Below are positions 58,277 to 64,000 of a stretch of 64,000 nucleotides of DNA, in pieces. A program made the position numbers and the translations under genes. The notes beneath the pieces are model-generated. The model searched no databases, was not told the DNA's origin, and saw only the letters and a list, made by a program, of their open reading frames with translations. Within the stretch, counting starts at the first letter, position 1, and every line of letters starts with the position of its first letter. The stretch lies in the NCBI GenBank assembly GCA_017886205.1, contig JAFNEO010000012.1, positions 235,207 to 299,206 of the forward strand, given 5' to 3'. This DNA is from Candidatus Aminicenantes bacterium (GTDB lineage: Bacteria; Acidobacteriota; Aminicenantia; Aminicenantales; UBA8522).

Positions 58277-58906
58277 ATGCCAGAGTGCAATAACCGGGAT
58301 TGTGCGAGCGCGATAATTGTGACTAATTCCTCACGGAATTTTGGTAATCCTTCATTTGCTGTGACAAGGGCACTTGAATGTGGATTTATTAAATATGGGC
58401 AAAATATTCTTGAAATCGGATCTGGGAATTTACGCAATTCGTCCTATATCATCAAGAACATAGATCGGGTCGGCGTCAGCGCTTATGAGATTATGAGCAC
58501 GGTGCAAAAATATGCAAGCGCGTATAATACTTTTAGAAAAAAGGGAGGAATTATACTCCATAGCTTTCCAAATGGGCTGATTTATGATGCTATCGTTTGC
58601 ACGTTCGTTTTGGAAACAGTCTGTCCACAGGCAAAACGAACCTTCTTGCTTAAGAAAATCAGGCAGAGGTTAAAATCCGATGGGATTTTGGTTGCTTCTT
58701 TTCGCGGGGTTTCTGGGGTCATTGGAACAGAATATAAAGAATGTTCTAAAAAGGAAGGATGGCTGACGCCGTTGCATACATTTATAAAGCCTTATACGAT
58801 TAAAGAGGCAGACTCTCTGCTTAAATCCTGTGGGTTTACAAAAATAGTTTTTTTGCAGGATTATCGCGTTAACACTCCACGAAACATTCATCTCGTTGCA
58901 ATCTAG
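58277..58906 (+). CDS. Small class I SAM-dependent methyltransferase
   Basis: Motif I 'ILEIGSGNLRNSSYI', acidic 'VSAYEI', motif II 'YDAIVCTFVLETV', motif III 'DGILVASF'; AT-rich. Confidence 0.55.
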   Translation: MPECNNRDCASAIIVTNSSRNFGNPSFAVTRALECGFIKYGQNILEIGSGNLRNSSYIIKNIDRVGVSAYEIMSTVQKYASAYNTFRKKGGIILHSFPNGLIYDAIVCTFVLETVCPQAKRTFLLKKIRQRLKSDGILVASFRGVSGVIGTEYKECSKKEGWLTPLHTFIKPYTIKEADSLLKSCGFTKIVFLQDYRVNTPRNIHLVAI

Positions 58907-58914
58907 GAGTTAAT

Positions 58915-59940
58915 ATGGAAAGAAAATGGCTTGAAGCATTTTATAAAGAATGCGGACGTGAAGTATCATTAGCCTATAATGTACTAAATCAAACAAATAA
59001 TTGGGGGATTACCCTTGCAGTGGCCGTGGTCGTTACATGCTTCTTGGGTACTGCTCGGGTTGAGGGAAGAACTATTTATCTCACTTATCCTACGCTTCTG
59101 CAATGGTACCTAGTTATTTTCGGATGGATCATCATGGTCCGATTCTTCGTTCGCTCTGCCCTTGGATTGGTCAATATGTATCGTTGGAATGAATTAATTA
59201 ACTCGACATGTAAGGTTCTTTCTCTTCCAGAATCACATCCAGATACTCCTCTTTTAAATAGAAACCTCGCGAAAAAGATCGAGGCTTACTTTTTCAGATT
59301 TAGAAGCCCCAAAACAAGACGGTTTATAGTCTGGCACAACCTAAAACTCATGTACCTTTGGTTCTTTATAATCCTTCTGTGTCTGTTCACTTGGGGAATA
59401 ATTGTCCTAGAAAAAACCATTTTGTTCTGGGTTGGGCTACTTCTTTTTATTATACCTACAATCATAGAAATAGTCTGGTTTAATAGATGGTACGGCCTAC
59501 AATACCAAGGCTTAGAACTGGAAGTGGAAAAGGACTTGAAAGATATATTAAATGAAAAGCGCGAAAGTATTCCTGAAATAGGTCGGGATGTCATGATATT
59601 AGGTTTCTGTGAGGATGGTCCTTTTAAACATGCGAAAACACTCCTCACGAATCCCACGGTGAAGTGGCTTCCATGGGCCTACCAATCACACGAAATACAT
59701 CCTTTTGTCCTTGCACAACTCTCTGATAATGAGAAGCTGGATAGTCAAAGAATCGCATTTGCGTCCTGGGAAAAGGGATTCATTGGTCCCGTGGATATCA
59801 TCAGATATGGCAGGATCGACTATCATAAATTCGTTTCCGGCCATTTACAGCTCACAGTTATGCTTGATGAATACAATGGAAGCTTGCCAACTCAACGCAT
59901 TGAAATTAGAAACCCCAAAACATTTTGCTATTTCCTATGA
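58915..59940 (+). CDS. Polytopic membrane protein of unknown function
   Basis: >=5 hydrophobic helices; 9-nt gap from MTase gene. Confidence 0.45.
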   Translation: MERKWLEAFYKECGREVSLAYNVLNQTNNWGITLAVAVVVTCFLGTARVEGRTIYLTYPTLLQWYLVIFGWIIMVRFFVRSALGLVNMYRWNELINSTCKVLSLPESHPDTPLLNRNLAKKIEAYFFRFRSPKTRRFIVWHNLKLMYLWFFIILLCLFTWGIIVLEKTILFWVGLLLFIIPTIIEIVWFNRWYGLQYQGLELEVEKDLKDILNEKRESIPEIGRDVMILGFCEDGPFKHAKTLLTNPTVKWLPWAYQSHEIHPFVLAQLSDNEKLDSQRIAFASWEKGFIGPVDIIRYGRIDYHKFVSGHLQLTVMLDEYNGSLPTQRIEIRNPKTFCYFL

Positions 59941-59969
59941 TAAATGAAAAGCATAATTAGGAGAAATAA

Positions 59970-62888
59970 ATGGGCGTACTAACCGGCTGCAAACCTCGTA
60001 AGGAAGTCCTTAAGGGCGATCTCGATGATGCCATTTTTGCCGCGGACTTTGGTGACCTCATTTCCGGCAAGGCACCAAAAGTCTACGGAGATGCAAAGAC
60101 CTTCTTTCAAAACACACACCCCGCCAAACAGCTCTGTAAAGTCATCGAAGTGGTTTTCGAGCGATTGGCCGACCCGAAGGAAGCTGGAGCAACGGTTCGA
60201 CTGAGTACAGGTTTTGGCGGAGGAAAAACGCACACGCTGATGGCCCTATGGCATCTGGCCCAAAATATCGAGAACCTGGGCATGGGCACGGAACTCCTTC
60301 CCGCTGCGGGCCGGCCGAAATCTGTTACTGTAGCCGCGCTCGACCTCAGCAAAGCCGGACAGCCGGTTTTTTCCCAGCATGGGAATACTAAAATCCATAG
60401 CTTCTGGGGAGAGATCGCTTTTCAGCTTGGCGGTGATAAAGCCCTCAAGGCACTCGGAGAAGCGGATCATCCCGAAAAGCAGCCCACCGAAGAACTCATA
60501 TCGAAATGGTTTCCCTCCGGTCCTGTCCTTGTCCTGATTGATGAGGTCGTTGTCTATATGGCGAGTCTTTCTGAACAGGGGCAGGGCAATCTTCTCGCAT
60601 TTCTAAACAAGCTCTCATCCACAGTCTCGAAGCGTCCCCGAACGGTCTTTGTCGTCACTGACCCGGCTGACCAACGAGCCTATGCTAAGCAAGCTCAGAA
60701 AATCGGCGATGCCATGCTGGCCGCTGCAATCCGTCTCGACGATCTCTTCGGCCGCAGGATGACGGACTTCGATCCCATAGGAGAAGAAGCCGCTAGAGTG
60801 ATCGTCCGGCGCTTGTTCGAAAAAGTTGATCCTGCATCCACCCAGGAAGCCTCTGCCTCTTATCATTCCCTGTATGAGCGAGTTTCACAGGAATCTCCGG
60901 GAACGATCGCCCCTGCCGCCGCCTCTTCAGATTACGCCAAGAGGATCGTTGAAAGTTACCCCTTCCATCCCAGGCTGATGGATACCGCACAGGGTCGGCT
61001 CGGAGCTCTCCAGGAGTTCAATAAAAGCCGTGGCACCCTCAGGCTTTTTGCCCGCATATTGCGATCCATATGGGAATCCGGCCAGGACCTGGAGCTCATC
61101 ACTGCGGGCGATGTGGATTGGTCCAGCCCCCGCATTCAGGCGGACCTTCTCCACCGTTTGAACCGGGACAATTTTAAGGCTGCTGTATCCGCGGACGTAG
61201 AAAAACATGCCCGAGAGCTGGACGGAACCAATGTCCGTGGCGTGCACGTCCGAGTAGCTTCGGCGCTTCTTCTGGAGAGCATTCCCATGCAGTCTAACAG
61301 CGGGCTTGACCCGGCTGAGCTTAGCCTGGCTGTCCTTCGGCCCGACGAAGCCGGCGCCGAGCCAAATGAAGCTCTCGACCGTCTCGTCGGTGTCTGCTGG
61401 CATACATATCCGCTCGCCGGCGGCCGCGGGTGGCAGTTCCGTTATGAGCCGAACATCATTAAGCAGATCGAGGAGCGGATGAATGATATTTCCCTTGAAG
61501 ATGCCCGTGGCCGAGTTCACGGCGAGGCTCAGGGCTACTTCCAGGGCCCGGCATTTCGCCTCTCAGCCTGGCCTGCAACCGCCCGTCAGGTGCTCGAATC
61601 TCCCGATCTTCAACTCGCCCTCTGTGAAAATGAACAGATTGCGCGAGCCGTTTGTGCTTTTTCGGATGACGCCAATCCCCAAGCCCCGACCCCTCGCAGA
61701 TTCCGTAACGCCATCTTGGCGGTCACGGCAACCCAGGCCTCTCTGAATTCAGCTGTCGAGCGGGCACAGCGGCTGATGGCGGCCGAAGCCATTGAGAAGG
61801 ATTACAAAACTGGAGAGCCCGGCAAGTTAATTCGGGATCAGCTCCAGAGGATTATGCCGGAGCTCAGAAGGCAGTTCCGCGTCCAAACCTGTCGGGCATT
61901 CGATCGCGTCATCTTCGCCGGTGGCGCTTCCTACCCGATAGAAGAAAAATATCAGGTTTCCGAAGAAATGATTATGCAAAGAGCCCAAGGCCAGGCATGC
62001 CTGCGAAGATACCTTGAAGAAAAGGGTCTGATCTATCTTCCAGGGGATGCCGTCGATGTCAGCCGATTTGTCAAGGAAATCCTTCCGGGCACAACGCCTC
62101 TCGCTGACCAACCCGGAGTCTATACCGCCAAGGCTGTTCACGAACGCTTTTTGTCTGCCCCCGGCCTCCGGCTTATTTCGGACGGTGCCGTCGTTCGTCA
62201 AACGCTCTTGAAATCCGTTAGGGAAGGCAAGATCGTAATCAGACTTGTTGATGTTGGGCGGGCCTACGATAAGAATGGATGCGTCGAGGGGCCCGAAAGC
62301 CGCCGAAGGCGGATTCCGGGAGAATTGACGACACTCTCTCTAGACGAGTCTGTCCAAATAACGCTATCGGGAACGGACACAGCAGCGCTCTGGGTTAAAG
62401 AGGATAAGCCAGGGGAAAAACCGATACCAGGTGGGGTTAAGTATGAACCGCCACGCCCAACCGAAACCAAAGTCCGGGCCTCCACCTGGCCGAAAGCCGA
62501 GGAATATGCTAAAGAAAGGCCTCTGCTAAGAATTGAGCTCGTTGCGCATTCTCCGGTTGAAGCGCAATCACTGCTTCCTCTAGCCCAGCCGTTCGGAGCG
62601 GAGAGCATTTCGTTATCCGTAGATGTCAGCGGTGACCTCAAGGATGGAGGCAAGACCTACTTCCGCATGGAAGACGTTAAACCGACTCATGGATTGAAAC
62701 CGCTCGAAATAGCCCAGCGGCTATATACCGCAACATCTGAAGGCGCCGCTTATGAGGCAATTCTCGTTCTCGGCTTCGGCGCGTCTGGCCGCACGGGGCT
62801 CGATGCCCAATTCCGAAAGGCTTCAGAGGATGCCCCTGAAGGCATTGCCCTGAACGCCGACTTTGAAAAGCCGATAGGAGGCCGCTAA
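59970..62888 (+). CDS. Large P-loop NTPase (~972 aa), DUF499/COG1483-like predicted defence ATPase
   Basis: Walker A 'TGFGGGKTHTLMAL', Walker B-like 'VLVLIDEVVVYM'; long C-terminal extension. Confidence 0.55.
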   Translation: MGVLTGCKPRKEVLKGDLDDAIFAADFGDLISGKAPKVYGDAKTFFQNTHPAKQLCKVIEVVFERLADPKEAGATVRLSTGFGGGKTHTLMALWHLAQNIENLGMGTELLPAAGRPKSVTVAALDLSKAGQPVFSQHGNTKIHSFWGEIAFQLGGDKALKALGEADHPEKQPTEELISKWFPSGPVLVLIDEVVVYMASLSEQGQGNLLAFLNKLSSTVSKRPRTVFVVTDPADQRAYAKQAQKIGDAMLAAAIRLDDLFGRRMTDFDPIGEEAARVIVRRLFEKVDPASTQEASASYHSLYERVSQESPGTIAPAAASSDYAKRIVESYPFHPRLMDTAQGRLGALQEFNKSRGTLRLFARILRSIWESGQDLELITAGDVDWSSPRIQADLLHRLNRDNFKAAVSADVEKHARELDGTNVRGVHVRVASALLLESIPMQSNSGLDPAELSLAVLRPDEAGAEPNEALDRLVGVCWHTYPLAGGRGWQFRYEPNIIKQIEERMNDISLEDARGRVHGEAQGYFQGPAFRLSAWPATARQVLESPDLQLALCENEQIARAVCAFSDDANPQAPTPRRFRNAILAVTATQASLNSAVERAQRLMAAEAIEKDYKTGEPGKLIRDQLQRIMPELRRQFRVQTCRAFDRVIFAGGASYPIEEKYQVSEEMIMQRAQGQACLRRYLEEKGLIYLPGDAVDVSRFVKEILPGTTPLADQPGVYTAKAVHERFLSAPGLRLISDGAVVRQTLLKSVREGKIVIRLVDVGRAYDKNGCVEGPESRRRRIPGELTTLSLDESVQITLSGTDTAALWVKEDKPGEKPIPGGVKYEPPRPTETKVRASTWPKAEEYAKERPLLRIELVAHSPVEAQSLLPLAQPFGAESISLSVDVSGDLKDGGKTYFRMEDVKPTHGLKPLEIAQRLYTATSEGAAYEAILVLGFGASGRTGLDAQFRKASEDAPEGIALNADFEKPIGGR

Positions 62889-63316
62889 TGAATATCAGAC
62901 GCGCCTCGTTCGCTCTTCGTGTTGTCCGGCGGCGCGGCGGAGACGCGGCCATCCTCTATCGGAGACGCTTAACCGGCAAGGGCGAGGAACGGCTTGATCG
63001 AGTGGCCGCCGTCTCACCGCTTGCTTTTTCTGCCTCCCAAAGCCTCCTCCGGGCGGCCGTTCGAGCTAATTCCGGACCTGCGGCCAAACTGACCTATGGG
63101 CCTTTCCATCCGCTTGATGACGATTGGGGGGCCAGAGTCGCTGCTTTTGCCCTGATTTCCCGGGGACTACGAAACGCAGAACGCCTTCATCGGGCTGCTT
63201 TCCATCTTCAACATGCCGATGCCACGGAGGCTGCTTGGTGGCTGGGAATCATGGAGAAGCCGGACGGAATGCGAGCCGTCCGTGCCCTGCGGATTCTTAC
63301 AGAGGCGGTGAAATGA
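62888..63316 (+). CDS. Small basic Arg-rich protein (142 aa), unknown
   Basis: Start overlaps ATPase stop (TAATG); 4 nt before methylase gene. Confidence 0.35.
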   Translation: MNIRRASFALRVVRRRGGDAAILYRRRLTGKGEERLDRVAAVSPLAFSASQSLLRAAVRANSGPAAKLTYGPFHPLDDDWGARVAAFALISRGLRNAERLHRAAFHLQHADATEAAWWLGIMEKPDGMRAVRALRILTEAVK

Positions 63317-63319
63317 AGA

Positions 63320-63964
63320 AGAAAGAAGAACGCCCGAAAGTCCTAATCGAAGAGTGGTTACCTGCCGCTGCGATCGGCGTAGAGTGCATCAGAGAGCGTT
63401 CAACGGGGCAAAATCCGCCAAATGCGAGGCTTCACGTCTGGTGGGCGCGCCGTCCTCTCTGCGTATCCCGTGCGGCTGTCCTTGCATCTTTGCTCCCGGC
63501 TGACTTTCCCCGGAATATCTTCGAGCGTCTCCTTGGCTTCTGGGGAACTTCAGACCAGGTCATAGAAGCCCAAAAAGCTCTTGATTATGCTAAGGAAGTG
63601 GGCGAAAAAATCGATAACCCTCACGGAGAAAGAGCATTTAAAAGAGCTCTCCGTGAGGGCGATTTTGACAAAGCGCATGAGGCGGCTCGAGCGGTCTGGG
63701 GAACCGATATTGTTGTTATGGATCCCATGGCGGGAGGCGGATCGATCCCACTTGAATCAGCACGGCTCGGGTTCACAACCTATGCAAATGAATACAATCC
63801 GGTCGCGTGTTCAATATTAGAGGCTACAGTTGATTATCCATTTAGGTTTGGTGAGAGATTGGGGCAACGAACGCGTGTATGGGGCGCTGAATTAAGGAAA
63901 AGATTCAGCGGGCGTATGCAGCACTTCTATCCCAAGTCTGGAATATTGCCTCCGCATTGCTACG
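63320..63964 (+). CDS. N6-adenine DNA methyltransferase with DUF1156-type N-terminus (3' end outside window)
   Basis: 'NARLHVWWARRPLCVSRAAVLASLL' hallmark block; motif I 'VMDPMAGGGSIPLE'. Confidence 0.65.
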
Positions 63965-64000
63965 TCTTCGCCCGGACCGTGCCGGACCCGGACTATCCAA

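Overview
This 64 kb window is a high-GC (about 60-65% by eye) bacterial chromosomal segment. No rRNA genes, intact tRNA genes or CRISPR arrays were found.

The left ~28 kb is mostly core-like genes. It carries many exported hydrolases: an M3 dipeptidase, two beta-lactamase-fold proteins, and S41, S9 and M50 peptidases. It also carries three Hanks-type Ser/Thr kinases, an MgtA-like P-type ATPase, a MacAB-like ABC efflux operon, bactofilins, and a two-gene cassette encoding a twin-arginine (TAT) signal protein plus a secreted partner, which is present in two copies.

Two genome-specific families of REP-like palindromic repeats sit in the intergenic regions: family A, 'GGGGTCAGGTCTCAACAATCAACAA' and its inverse, with at least 11 copies; and family B, 'AATTCGGTGCCAGGCAGCTAATTACCGAAATT', with 5 copies. 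One family-B pair flanks a REP-associated tyrosine transposase (RAYT) in the classic REP-RAYT-REP arrangement.

The right half is an accessory mosaic with strong compositional shifts. It contains at least 9 toxin-antitoxin (TA) or abortive-infection (Abi) pairs: MazEF, AbiEi/AbiEii-like, HicAB (two copies), Phd-RelE, RHH-RelE, RHH-MazF, Phd-VapC and HTH-Panacea/RelE-like. It also contains a 5'-truncated DUF4143 ATPase gene, a tRNA 3'-end-like fragment that may be an integration scar, and three directly oriented copies (two intact, one remnant) of a single-chain regulator that fuses an XRE helix-turn-helix to an ImmA/M78 metallopeptidase. Each intact copy sits behind the same transplanted sigma70 promoter module.

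The most interesting locus is at the 3' end of the window, positions 57.6-64.0 kb. It is a low-GC operon encoding a small SAM-dependent methyltransferase, a polytopic membrane protein, a ~970-aa P-loop NTPase with a GFGGGKTH Walker A motif that recalls the DUF499 family, a small basic protein, and an N6-adenine methyltransferase with the 'ARLHVWWARRP' N-terminus typical of DUF1156. This is a candidate methylation-based defence system that has not been characterised.

Many long ORFs in the six-frame track are antisense artefacts of the high GC content and were rejected.
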